Shown here piece by piece: positions 10,743-20,895 of a stretch of 64,000 bases of DNA. The notes beneath the pieces were generated by a model. That model did not search any database, was not told the DNA's origin, and saw only the letters and a program-made list of their open reading frames with translations. Made by a program: the position numbers and the translations under genes. The stretch is from an uncultured Chroococcidiopsis sp. GTDB lineage: Bacteria; Cyanobacteriota; Cyanobacteriia; Cyanobacteriales; Chroococcidiopsidaceae. The stretch lies in contig CAXTYC010000025.1 of assembly GCA_964248365.1 (NCBI GenBank), positions 11,640-75,639 on the forward strand, in the 5' to 3' direction. The first letter of the stretch is position 1. Each line of letters starts with the position of its first letter.

Positions 10743-10925
10743 TTAGCCTTTTTCACTGGTTTGATTAACGTCACCGCTAATCAAGGTTCGCACTAAAGTC
10801 CAGGTTGTCCATAAAAATGCTGAACCCAAAAGGACAATCATTAATAAGGCTAAGCCAGAAAAAGGCGCTATTAATGAAATTAGTATCAAGCCCAACAGCA
10901 AAATCATCAGTAATGGATTTCTCAT
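10743..10925 (-). CDS. Small two-TM membrane protein
   Basis: ATG 10925 gives a 60-aa hydrophobic hairpin (MRNPLLMILLLG...). Confidence 0.55.
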   Translation of the reverse strand: MRNPLLMILLLGLILISLIAPFSGLALLMIVLLGSAFLWTTWTLVRTLISGDVNQTSEKG

Positions 10926-11216
10926 CTGGGAATCCTTGCGCTCAATAAAATTGAAACGTAATATATCCACCTCTCTACATAGGTTATATGGTGGGGCAGC
11001 GAGTTGACCTCTAGCTAAAGTGAGTAGTCAGGAGGTGAGGAGTCAGGAGCCTGGAGACCCACGACAGGAGACAGAAAACAGAAGTTGTGAAGTCAGGAGT
11101 TGTGAAGTCAGCAGGTGAGGAGTCAGGAGATAGAAGTCGTGAAGTTGTGAATATTTAATTCTTTCATCTCACCCTGCTGCCCTGCTAAAGTGCTCCCCCT
11201 GCTCTGTTTTGACTCC

Positions 11217-12980
11217 TTAACGCACAGATTCAGTCAGTTGTTTTATGGGTAGGGATTGCACAAGGCTAAGGTTTAATGGGGCTTGACTAATAGCTTGGGC
11301 GTAGGCGGAGCTAAGGTAGAAGCGGTATTGGGTATTTTTAGCAATATAAGTTTGGAAGAAAGCTACACTTAAGGCATTGACGTAACGACGTGCGATCGCA
11401 GGAGTAGGACCAATTGCTTTATCAGGTACAGCGATCGCTTGAGTGTCCCGCTCTGTCTCACCAATGGTAGAAAAATGAGTTGCACGTTCAATTAAGACAA
11501 AATATTTTTCTAAGGTAGTTAACCAAGAAAAGGGCAGTATTTGTTCTGGTAAGGCTGGTGCAATCGTATCAGAGCTACCGCTGACAATCATGACTGGAAT
11601 TTGAATTTGTCGCAGTCCAGTTTGACCAAAGATGCTGCTAGCGATTGGGTTAATTGCAATTACTGCCTTAACTCTTCGATCTTGTAAATTATATTCGGTA
11701 GAAGGTAGGCTAGTCGCTCGACACTGGAGCAGGAGAGATACATTCCAAATATCATGGCTATTTTTGCAGTCTGTTTGCAATTGATTAAAGTTTAGCCTAG
11801 CACCAGCTAAAGCTAATGCTGTGTAGCCGCCCAAAGATTGACCAACTACGCCAACCTGTTGCAGATTGAGCCGAAAGTTGGAGTTAGAAGCGTCCAAACG
11901 CTGCAATTGGTCGAGCAAATATTTCACATCCAAAGGACGGTTGATAAATTCGTTTGGTTCTGCTACTTCGTTGGCTCGCCCAGAAAATAGCGATCGCAAT
12001 TGTTCAGCGTTACTACCTGGATGCTCTGGAACTGCAACTGCAAAGCCATAACTTGCTAGTTGCTCAGCTAAATAGATAAAGCTATTGCGATCAGAACCTA
12101 AACCATGAGAAATGACAATGACAGGGAAGGAAGGCGAGGGGCGAGAGGCGAGAGGCGAGAGGCTGGATTGTATGTTAGTTTCAGAGTTTTTACTACCACT
12201 AGGCAATTTCTCCTCGTACCTCGTGCCTCGTGCCTCTCGTCTTAGTTGTTGGGGAATATAGATATCGGCAAAAAAAGTGCGATGCCTTGTGGCATCATAT
12301 AGCTTTAATGTTTGCTTGTTCCAGCTAAAAACACCTCGCCCTCGCAAGTCTAATACTTGGGAAAAATCAACTGGTGGCTGGTTAGTTGTGGCGGCGGTTG
12401 ATTGTCTAGATATAAGAGCGATCGCTTGACGGGTTTGGTTAACTAGTGATTCTAGCTGATCGGCTATCTGGAGGCTACGTCCTAAATTAATTCGTATACT
12501 GCGGGTTGGAAACTTCTCCAGCACATTGAGCAGTGTTAAACCGTCTTGATCGGCTGCTGCTAAAATCAGTGCTGCGCGTAGGGCATAGAAACCAGGTTGA
12601 CGGGCTTCGGTTTGAACTACTTCTCCCAGCCGTTCCAACAATGTCTCACCAATTGGCGTGTAGAGAAACTGCGATACTGCAACTTGATTTAATTCAACCC
12701 GTGACAACAACACCCGCCGCAATTGTGCTAACCGTTGCGGGCTAACATATTCTGCGTAGGTAGCTAAGTCGTCATCAAGTTTGCCCTCTTTAGCATAGGT
12801 TTCGAGCGACGCAACAGAAATTGTTCGCTCTATAGCGCCGTAGGAAAAATAAATTTTTTCGGCTGCCAAAGTAGAATTAGTCATCACTGCATTTGGCAGC
12901 AGCCAAAAGCCCAAAGCACCTAGCAATACTCCTTGCCAATTCATCCCAAGTTTTATTTTGTGGCGAGTGGCTAGGAGCAT
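11217..12980 (-). CDS. DUF1400-domain alpha/beta hydrolase
   Basis: Signal peptide; AEKIYFSYG and ALRAALILAA (DUF1400); SHGLGS, GQSLGG nucleophile elbow and THFS. Confidence 0.9.
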   Translation of the reverse strand: MLLATRHKIKLGMNWQGVLLGALGFWLLPNAVMTNSTLAAEKIYFSYGAIERTISVASLETYAKEGKLDDDLATYAEYVSPQRLAQLRRVLLSRVELNQVAVSQFLYTPIGETLLERLGEVVQTEARQPGFYALRAALILAAADQDGLTLLNVLEKFPTRSIRINLGRSLQIADQLESLVNQTRQAIALISRQSTAATTNQPPVDFSQVLDLRGRGVFSWNKQTLKLYDATRHRTFFADIYIPQQLRREARGTRYEEKLPSGSKNSETNIQSSLSPLASRPSPSFPVIVISHGLGSDRNSFIYLAEQLASYGFAVAVPEHPGSNAEQLRSLFSGRANEVAEPNEFINRPLDVKYLLDQLQRLDASNSNFRLNLQQVGVVGQSLGGYTALALAGARLNFNQLQTDCKNSHDIWNVSLLLQCRATSLPSTEYNLQDRRVKAVIAINPIASSIFGQTGLRQIQIPVMIVSGSSDTIAPALPEQILPFSWLTTLEKYFVLIERATHFSTIGETERDTQAIAVPDKAIGPTPAIARRYVNALSVAFFQTYIAKNTQYRFYLSSAYAQAISQAPLNLSLVQSLPIKQLTESVR

Positions 12981-13261
12981 TGTAAAACAATGCCCCGACT
13001 GGCGATTTGTTGTTTACAAGGTTCACAATTTCGGATCAGATGCTTTGGGCGATCGCACATAGCAAGAAAAAAATGAGTAAGTGCTTTCTACAGTCTAGAG
13101 CGATCGCACAAAAATGAGTGATTCCGACTTTGCTAGCCACAACTGGCTGACAGCATTTTAGATTTTAGATATTTAACTGTAGCAGGCGTAAATTAAAACG
13201 GTATAACAACTACAAATCCAAAAATGATACCCTTGACAAATTCCTTTATTTATAGTACATA

Positions 13262-13293
13262 AACTCCTCTAGCAGCTTAAGACTAGAGGAGTT
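13262..13293 (-). terminator. Hairpin downstream of atpC (probable terminator)
   Basis: AACTCCTCTAG...CTAGAGGAGTT 11-bp stem about 30 nt after the atpC stop. Confidence 0.5.
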
Positions 13294-13323
13294 ATTACTG
13301 ATCGCAAATACCTGCTTTTAGAC

Positions 13324-13737
13324 TTAGACCATACCACCAGCGGCTTGAAACCTAGCTCTCGCCCGTTTAAAAGCGCTATTGGCTTGAATTTGCTCTTGAC
13401 GAGTAGCATTTTGAGTTTGATTCAACTTAGCTTGTGCTTCGTTGTAAGCAGCGCGGGCAGCTTCTAAATCAATTGCGTCGCCGCGTTCAGCGCCGTTGAC
13501 GAGAATCGTCACTTCGTTATTTTCCACTTCGACAAATCCACCCATAAGAGCGATCGCTACCCAGCTAGAGTTTCTACTGGGGCGAACTCGCATTACAGCG
13601 GTATCAAGAGCAGACAACAGAGGCGCGTGTCCACTTAGAATACCTAGCTGACCAGTTGTACTGGGTAGAATCACTTCTTCAGCTGTAGCATCCCAAACAG
13701 TCTTGTCTGGTGAAATTACACGAACAGTCAATGTCAT
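13324..13737 (-). CDS. atpC: ATP synthase F1 subunit epsilon
   Basis: [16 protein letters not shown]...[13 protein letters not shown]; start placed at ATG 13737; lies downstream of the beta subunit gene. Confidence 0.97.
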   Translation of the reverse strand: MTLTVRVISPDKTVWDATAEEVILPSTTGQLGILSGHAPLLSALDTAVMRVRPSRNSSWVAIALMGGFVEVENNEVTILVNGAERGDAIDLEAARAAYNEAQAKLNQTQNATRQEQIQANSAFKRARARFQAAGGMV

Positions 13738-13846
13738 ATCTAGTGAGTAGAAAAGTAGTGAGTAGTAAGTAGTGAAGGGTATAAAGTAAGTCACTAGTGA
13801 CTAGTTTTTTCTAGCCACTAGTTCCACGAGCTTCCACGAGCTTCCA

Positions 13847-15310
<1,464 letters not shown>

Positions 15311-15354
15311 TTAATTTAGCTATGTTTGTGATCTGGCGGACAGTTTTTCATGAT

Positions 15355-15541
15355 GTGAAGTACCTTGCCCACAAGAGGTATCGGCTTCCCAGACTCAGCT
15401 GCCCGAAGGGGTCTTACTACTGATAATCCTAGTCTTGCAATATGCTGATGGGGCGTTAATTCCGACACTTCCTGCCCTCCTGGGGCATATTTTACTACTG
15501 ACGTGATTGTTACTTCACCCTTGAGGATGAGGTATTCCCGC
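15355..15541 (-). mobile_element. Non-autonomous IS200/IS605-like miniature element in the atpD 5' leader
   Basis: On the minus strand it starts after TTTAG with a hairpin (TACCTCATCC-TCAA-GGGTGAAGTA) and ends GGGAAGCC...GGTACTTCAC, like IS605/IS1341-type right ends. No TIR, TSD or ORF. Confidence 0.6.
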
Positions 15542-15567
15542 CTAAAGGATAAAAATTGCCCTTTTCC

Positions 15568-15576
15568 AGATTACCA
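15568..15576 (-). promoter_or_regulatory. Candidate extended -10 box (TGGTAATCT) for atpD-atpC
   Basis: Matches the TGn-TAnnnT consensus and points toward atpD. Confidence 0.4.
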
Positions 15577-15754
15577 CCGATAGGCTTCACACAGTCATAA
15601 GTCGCGTTTGTGAGGAAGTCGTTTGGTAAGGAAGTTAGAAGTCGCGCATTCGGAATTCTCCCCATCTTGTCCATCTTCCTCTTTCCCCCTCTCTTTCTTG
15701 AGGTAAGTAAGAGCGCCCACAGTGGGCAGCTTGTTTTAAGCTAACAGCTAATCG

Positions 15755-16033
15755 CTAATCGCTAATCGCTTTTATTCGCCGAATGGGTAGGTTAGCAATT
15801 AAAGCCGTTGTCCGTTGATTATTCTCTAGGGCAAATTCCAATCCTTCGCTGTCCAATTCTACGTAGCGACAGACGACTTCTATAATTTCCTGCCGCATTT
15901 TATCGATCATCTGCGGGCTAAGGTCAGTCCGGTCGTGGGAAATTACTAATTGCAGTCGTTGTTTAACTTGAGAGCGACTGCTGTCTTCCTTGGAAGAACC
16001 GGGGAAAAGTCGGTCTAGAAATTCGCTAATCAT
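15755..16033 (-). CDS. minE: Cell division topological specificity factor MinE
   Basis: [13 protein letters not shown]...[10 protein letters not shown]; last gene of minCDE. Confidence 0.97.
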   Translation of the reverse strand: MISEFLDRLFPGSSKEDSSRSQVKQRLQLVISHDRTDLSPQMIDKMRQEIIEVVCRYVELDSEGLEFALENNQRTTALIANLPIRRIKAISD

Positions 16034-16070
16034 GGTATTGGATGCAGGTTTGTTAATTGCTTAAATCTGC

Positions 16071-16877
16071 TTAAATCATCTTTGGCCACAACAACTTACG
16101 CAGGCGAGATAAAAAGCTTTCGTGGACAGGATGCAGATCCAAAAATTCTACTTTTTCTCCTTCTAATCTACGAGCAATGTTGTCAAACGCTTTACCTGCC
16201 ATAGAAGGATCTTCGGCTAATACTAAGGGTTCGCCTCGATTGGTTGAGACGATCACGCGCTCGTCTTCCGGTACTACTCCTATTAGCCCAATTGCCAGCA
16301 GTTCTTGCACGTCCTGTACTGACATCATGTCATTAGCCTGCACCATTACGGGACGTAGGCGATTTACAATTAGTTGAATTTGCTTGATTCCTTGCGCTTC
16401 TAGCAAACCGACTACTCGGTCAGCGTCCCGTACTGCTGCAATTTCTGGTGTAGTGACAATTAAAGCTTCAGAGGCTGGGGCGATCGCATTTTTAAACCCC
16501 ATTTCTATCCCCGCCGGACTGTCTATTATAATATATTCATAACTTTTTGTCAAGGCTTCGATCAGTTGTTTCATCTGATCTGGACTCATTGCCTCTTTAT
16601 TGCGATTTTGGGCAGCTGGTAGTAGCACCAATTTCGGTTCCCGCTTATCTTTTACCAAGGCTTGTTCTAAGCGGCATTCTCCGGTGACTACTTCGATCGC
16701 GGTATAAACTACTCGGTTTTCCAGTCCTAGCAGCAGATCCAAATTTCTGAGTCCAAAATCTGCATCTACTAGGGCAACAGATCGCCCCAGGCGGGCTAGT
16801 GCCATACCCAAATTGGCAGTAACGGTAGTTTTACCCACCCCTCCTTTGCCGGACGTAGTGACAATAATGCGAGTCAT
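16071..16877 (-). CDS. minD: Septum site-determining ATPase MinD
   Basis: SGKGGVGKTT, DADFGLRNLD and VRDADR motifs. Confidence 0.98.
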   Translation of the reverse strand: MTRIIVTTSGKGGVGKTTVTANLGMALARLGRSVALVDADFGLRNLDLLLGLENRVVYTAIEVVTGECRLEQALVKDKREPKLVLLPAAQNRNKEAMSPDQMKQLIEALTKSYEYIIIDSPAGIEMGFKNAIAPASEALIVTTPEIAAVRDADRVVGLLEAQGIKQIQLIVNRLRPVMVQANDMMSVQDVQELLAIGLIGVVPEDERVIVSTNRGEPLVLAEDPSMAGKAFDNIARRLEGEKVEFLDLHPVHESFLSRLRKLLWPKMI

Positions 16878-17668
16878 GATTTTGATAAAAACTGGGATTT
16901 AGAAAAATCAGCCGCTTTGGTAATGCGGATTCCTTCAGGTGTCACGTAGGCTATTTCAGGATAAAACTGAGTTGGCATAGTTGTTGGCGCTCTTGCTACA
17001 AAATCAGCAATTCGTAATTGCGTTGGTTCCATTTGGAGTGCCATGATTAGACACTTGGAATTACCGCTAGCACCTGCATGGGCAACTCCTCGCAGTCGTC
17101 CCCAGACTAAAATATCTCCATCTGCTATCACAATACCACCTGGGTTGAGATCCCCCAATACTACTACGATACCCGCATGGCGAATTTCTACGCCGGAACG
17201 TATGGTCATTTGGAGATACAAGGGTTCGCTCAGGGGTATAGGGGTGAGAACGGGCGAATTGATCGCATTTACCGAATTAGCTTGTTGTTCAACGCAATAG
17301 CCAGCCGTAGCAGCTGCTACAGCTGTTTGACGACGGTTAGTGTAAACACGCTTAAGCTGAAGTTGGACTTCAGATAAAGCGTCTGCTAAAGCATGAAGTT
17401 GTCGTCCATCCAACAGCCGATCCGCCGCCATCAATTCTACTGTTGTATTTGGTTGCCAAAAGCGATCGCCACCCTGTAACCGTTGCTTCAACTGTAGCCA
17501 AATGTCAGACCAACTACTACCAGCAGCAGTCGATTCCGCTTCTGGTGGCAAAGTTAATATTAGCCGTCCCTCCTCACTTTTCAAGCGAACTTGCAGATTA
17601 CCATTTACCTCAGATGGGGGCGAGGCAAATGTTGAAACAATTTCTGGGAGGACAGAATCAGAAGTCAT
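16874..17668 (-). CDS. minC: Septum site-determining protein MinC
   Basis: IRSG, GDLNPGG and WGRLRGVAHAGA motifs. Confidence 0.96.
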   Translation of the reverse strand: MTSDSVLPEIVSTFASPPSEVNGNLQVRLKSEEGRLILTLPPEAESTAAGSSWSDIWLQLKQRLQGGDRFWQPNTTVELMAADRLLDGRQLHALADALSEVQLQLKRVYTNRRQTAVAAATAGYCVEQQANSVNAINSPVLTPIPLSEPLYLQMTIRSGVEIRHAGIVVVLGDLNPGGIVIADGDILVWGRLRGVAHAGASGNSKCLIMALQMEPTQLRIADFVARAPTTMPTQFYPEIAYVTPEGIRITKAADFSKSQFLSKS

Positions 17669-17768
17669 GCACTGGGGGCAGCTACAAGTAAGTACGACTA
17701 ATTTAACTGCATACCATATTTACACTAGCTATAACTCAAAACTTCTACATTAAGTTACCAATGATCTT

Positions 17769-17990
17769 AGGGGAACTAGGGGAACCAGGGGAACCAGGGG
17801 CTAGAGGAACTAGAGGAACCAGAGGAACCAGAGGAACTAGAGGCTAGAAGAGGATGGGGGGCAGGGGGTGACAACCAAAAGGGGGAAAGAGGGGGATTTG
17901 AATACTTCCCCTTGTCCCCTTGTCCCCTTGTCTCCCTGCTCCCTTTGCTCCACGAGGCGATCGCGTGGCTCCAGAGGCTCCCCCTGCTCT
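17769..17990. repeat. STRR-like short tandem repeat cluster (AGAGGAACC/T, CCCCTTGT units)
   Basis: Read directly. Similar clusters occur at about 10610-10700, 11020-11150, 25090-25125, 25270-25310, 33490-33668, 43597-43765, 45480-45740, 47940-48000, 59047-59130 and 60425-60712. Confidence 0.85.
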
Positions 17991-18087
17991 CTTCCTAAGG
18001 AGGAAGACACTGTAAAGTTGAACAGATTAAAGTTTGAGCATAAGCGCTTGAAATAGGCAAAAATAGCCAAAAGATGGAGGCAGCGTT

Positions 18088-19152
18088 GTGCGTTTAGGGC
18101 AATGGCTCGGTTTACTCGCCCTGGTTATCTCTCTTTACATTCTGTGGCAAATCCAGCAAATTGTTTTACTGGTTTTTGCCGCTGTAGTTTTGGCAACAAT
18201 ATTAAACCGAGTCGTGCGATTTTTGCAGCGATACCGAATTAAACGCGGTATTGCGATCGCTATTACAGTTTTGCTTTTACTAGCCTTAATCGTTGGCTTT
18301 TTCGCTGGAATCGTACCAAGTTTTCTCGATCAATTACAACAATTAATCAAGATCTTGCCGACGCTAACAGATAGAGTGCGATCGTGGATTGACTGGGTAC
18401 AAAGTCGAATCCCAGGAGGAATAGCCGAGAACTTCCAAGGAATTAATTCTCTGACTCAAAACCTACAAACTTGGATAGGTAGGCTACTTGGCAACTTTCT
18501 TGTCATCATCAATAACTCGCTTGCCGCTGTCGTTAACTTTTTGCTATTTTTAGTTTTAACCATAATGACATTGGTCAATCCCACCCCATACCGCCGCGTT
18601 TTTATCCTTGCCTTTCCTGCTTTCTATCGGCGACGAGTTGAGGAAATATTAGATGAGTGCGAAACATCTTTGGTAGGTTGGATCAAAGGTACTCTGATTG
18701 ATATGCTCGTCATCGCTGTCTTGAGCTATATTGGTCTGCTGCTTTTGCAAGTGCCACTGCCGTTAGTCAATGCTGCTTTAGCAGGATTATTAGAATTTAT
18801 TCCTAACGTTGGACCCACTCTTAGTGTAATTCCACCCGCACTGCTTGCTTTGACAGATGAGCCGTGGAAAGCAATAGCAGTGATAGTTTTATATGTTGTG
18901 ATTCAGCAGTTTGAAAGCCTGATTTTAGTGCCTTTAGTTATGGCACAACAAGTGTCTTTACTCCCAGTCTTTACCATTTTGGCAGTGGTAGTTTTCGCTA
19001 GTTTGTTTGGATTTTTAGGTTTATTTCTCGCCATTCCCTTGCTAATTGTCACTCAGATTTGGTTAAAAGAAGTTTTAGTGAAGGATGTTTTGAATAAGTG
19101 GCAAAGGAAGGAGGATAAGGAGGACAAGCATACAAGAGGAAATGAAGTATGA
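18088..19152 (+). CDS. AI-2E family transporter
   Basis: Multi-TM protein with LEFIPNVGP and GFLGLFLAIP motifs. Confidence 0.92.
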   Translation: MRLGQWLGLLALVISLYILWQIQQIVLLVFAAVVLATILNRVVRFLQRYRIKRGIAIAITVLLLLALIVGFFAGIVPSFLDQLQQLIKILPTLTDRVRSWIDWVQSRIPGGIAENFQGINSLTQNLQTWIGRLLGNFLVIINNSLAAVVNFLLFLVLTIMTLVNPTPYRRVFILAFPAFYRRRVEEILDECETSLVGWIKGTLIDMLVIAVLSYIGLLLLQVPLPLVNAALAGLLEFIPNVGPTLSVIPPALLALTDEPWKAIAVIVLYVVIQQFESLILVPLVMAQQVSLLPVFTILAVVVFASLFGFLGLFLAIPLLIVTQIWLKEVLVKDVLNKWQRKEDKEDKHTRGNEV

Positions 19153-19400
19153 GTGGTAAAACTTAAAAAATTTATTTTTATGGGGGGCAGGCGAGCGCTC
19201 CAAAAAATGTAGTAATTGAGCTTTGTTGATAGAGTAAATTTATTTATTTTTAAAACAATTCATACTTGCTAAAAAAAGTGTATGCTACCTATCTATATAT
19301 TTTTTTAGATGCTATTTTATAGAAATGATATAGAGAAAATTTCTGAATAATGCACTGATATGGAACGCTCTTTAAAAATATTTTGGGTATCACCAAAAAA

Positions 19401-19473
19401 TATACGGAAAAATTCTAGATCATGTGCCAGATAGGATATATACGGGAAATTTCCGTATAATAGCGAGTTAGAT
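19401..19473 (+). other. attI-like recombination site
   Basis: GTATAAT, 5-bp spacer, then GTTAGAT (a GTTRRRY core at 19467-19473). It is preceded by direct repeats TATACGG(A/G)AAA at 19401 and 19439, the second part of the near-palindrome TATACGGGAAATTTCCGTATA. Confidence 0.55.
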
Positions 19474-19528
19474 GGTTAGCCGTAACTGTTTGGCTTCACG
19501 TTCCATGAGAGGCAGTGATGTGATTACT

Positions 19529-20587
19529 TCAGGCTTGCAAAAGAAAATCTCGAACAACTTCTGCAACAACTTGTGCTAGGTTGCAGGGGACAGCATTGCC
19601 TATTTGCCTGTAGATCGAGCTTTGTGTGCCGATAAACTGGTAATCATGTGGAAAGGTTTGTATTCTTAGTGCTTCGTCAACTGTCAATCGTCTAAGTCTT
19701 TTAGGTGCAGCTTCTATTGGTAGTGGTTTTCCCCCTTTCATCAAGTAAGAGTGATACCATTCAACCCAGCTATCTTGGTCAAAATAGCAATGGTCTTCAT
19801 CAATAATTGGTGTTTTATTCCCACCCATAGAAGCATGGAGAGCGCATGAGTATCCATCAGGATTTAATGGTCTTCCTTGACCATTGAACAACATTCCTGC
19901 ATAGGGAGATCGTCGCATTACAGGCTTTGCGGCGATAGTAACTTTTGCATTGCATATCCGCTGATTGTTCTGGGAACCTGCCACACCTAGAGGTGAAACG
20001 ATATCTCTAACTGTTGGAGCTTGCTTCTTATATCGCTCGAACTGTGCCTCTAAATCACTAATGTCTACAATATCCCGAAACCCAATCAGAAACATTCGTT
20101 CTCTGGATTGTGGTACGCCGAAATCAGATGAATTGAGTATCACTAACTTGTACGTATATCCCAATTGACTGGCAAAACGAAAAAGTTGTTGGCGAACCTC
20201 AGCCCACTTGTCAAGAACTGCTAGTGCCTTGACATTCTCACAGATAAAAACCCGAGGCTTTGTGAACTCCACAGCCTTCATGAATACCCATAACAATTTG
20301 CTACGCGGATCATCAGGGTTCATCTTGCCAGCCACAGAAAAACCCTGGCAGGGTGGACCACCAAAAACAAGATCGATCCCCTCGAATCGACGTATATCAA
20401 TCAACTTTTCACTTATGTCGCCGCACTTGATAATCCCTCCAGGGTGGTTTGCCTCATATGTGAGACAAGCATCTTTGTCAATGTCATTAGCACCAACAAC
20501 CTCGACTCCTGCGCGGATGAATCCAACATCCATACCTCCTGCGCCTGAGAAAAGTGAGAGTCCTGATAAAACCAGTTTGTTCTTCAT
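19529..20587 (-). CDS. DNA (cytosine-5) methyltransferase of a type II R-M system
   Basis: Motifs I (LFSGAGG), IV (GGPPCQGFS), VI (ENV), VIII (PQSRER), IX/X (RLTVDEA..IQTFP, QIGNAVP); probable start ATG 20587. Confidence 0.95.
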   Translation of the reverse strand: MKNKLVLSGLSLFSGAGGMDVGFIRAGVEVVGANDIDKDACLTYEANHPGGIIKCGDISEKLIDIRRFEGIDLVFGGPPCQGFSVAGKMNPDDPRSKLLWVFMKAVEFTKPRVFICENVKALAVLDKWAEVRQQLFRFASQLGYTYKLVILNSSDFGVPQSRERMFLIGFRDIVDISDLEAQFERYKKQAPTVRDIVSPLGVAGSQNNQRICNAKVTIAAKPVMRRSPYAGMLFNGQGRPLNPDGYSCALHASMGGNKTPIIDEDHCYFDQDSWVEWYHSYLMKGGKPLPIEAAPKRLRRLTVDEALRIQTFPHDYQFIGTQSSIYRQIGNAVPCNLAQVVAEVVRDFLLQA

Positions 20588-20588
20588 G

Positions 20589-20611
20589 TATGCGATTTTG
20601 GCATATTTGCC
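20589..20611. promoter_or_regulatory. Candidate controller-protein operator between the divergent M and C genes
   Basis: Inverted repeats TATGC-N7-GCATA and overlapping GGCA-N4-TGCC within a 47-bp intergenic gap. Confidence 0.4.
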
Positions 20612-20634
20612 TTTCCAAATCAATATCAAAAATT

Positions 20635-20895
20635 ATGGAAAGTCAAAAGCAATCTATCTCTAGTATTCATGATCCCGAATACCACAGGATCGTTGATGCG
20701 CTTATTTCCTTAAGAGAAAAAGCGAAACTCTCTCAGAAAGCAATTGCCCAGGAGATTGGCTTGACGCAACCTGACGTTTCCAAAATAGAACGTCGGGAAC
20801 GTCGAATCGACATCCTAGAAACATTACGATGGGTGCGGGCTACAGGTGCTGACCCTAGTGAGTTCTTCGCACAGTTTGCTAATTCAAAAAGTTGA
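20635..20895 (+). CDS. Xre/HTH_3 transcriptional regulator (putative R-M controller)
   Basis: LREKAKLSQKAIAQEIGLTQPDVSKIERRERRID HTH; ATG 20635; its stop overlaps the endonuclease ORF start. Confidence 0.85.
   Translation: MESQKQSISSIHDPEYHRIVDALISLREKAKLSQKAIAQEIGLTQPDVSKIERRERRIDILETLRWVRATGADPSEFFAQFANSKS

Noticed and set aside
17769..17850. Regular AGAGGAACC repeats (also 60560-60710 and 45620-45670) as a possible CRISPR array
   Set aside because: These are head-to-tail 7-17-bp units with no unique spacers and no cas genes; they fit cyanobacterial STRR-type repeats.
17837..18070. Short ORFs over repeat DNA (also 28718..28993, 28787..28975, 34844..35098, 34974..35216)
   Set aside because: These are low-complexity translations of STRR repeats with no protein motifs.
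19450..19477. dif/pdif (XerCD) site
   Set aside because: The left arm TTTCCGTATAA is XerC-like, but the right arm lacks TTATGTTAAAT. The GTTRRRY core and matching attC fit an attI-like site better, though Xer involvement is not fully excluded.
20208..20663. Antisense ORFs overlapping the MTase and other genes (e.g. 31467..31973, 38984..39472, 48998..49384)
   Set aside because: They are shadow frames of well-supported genes on the opposite strand.
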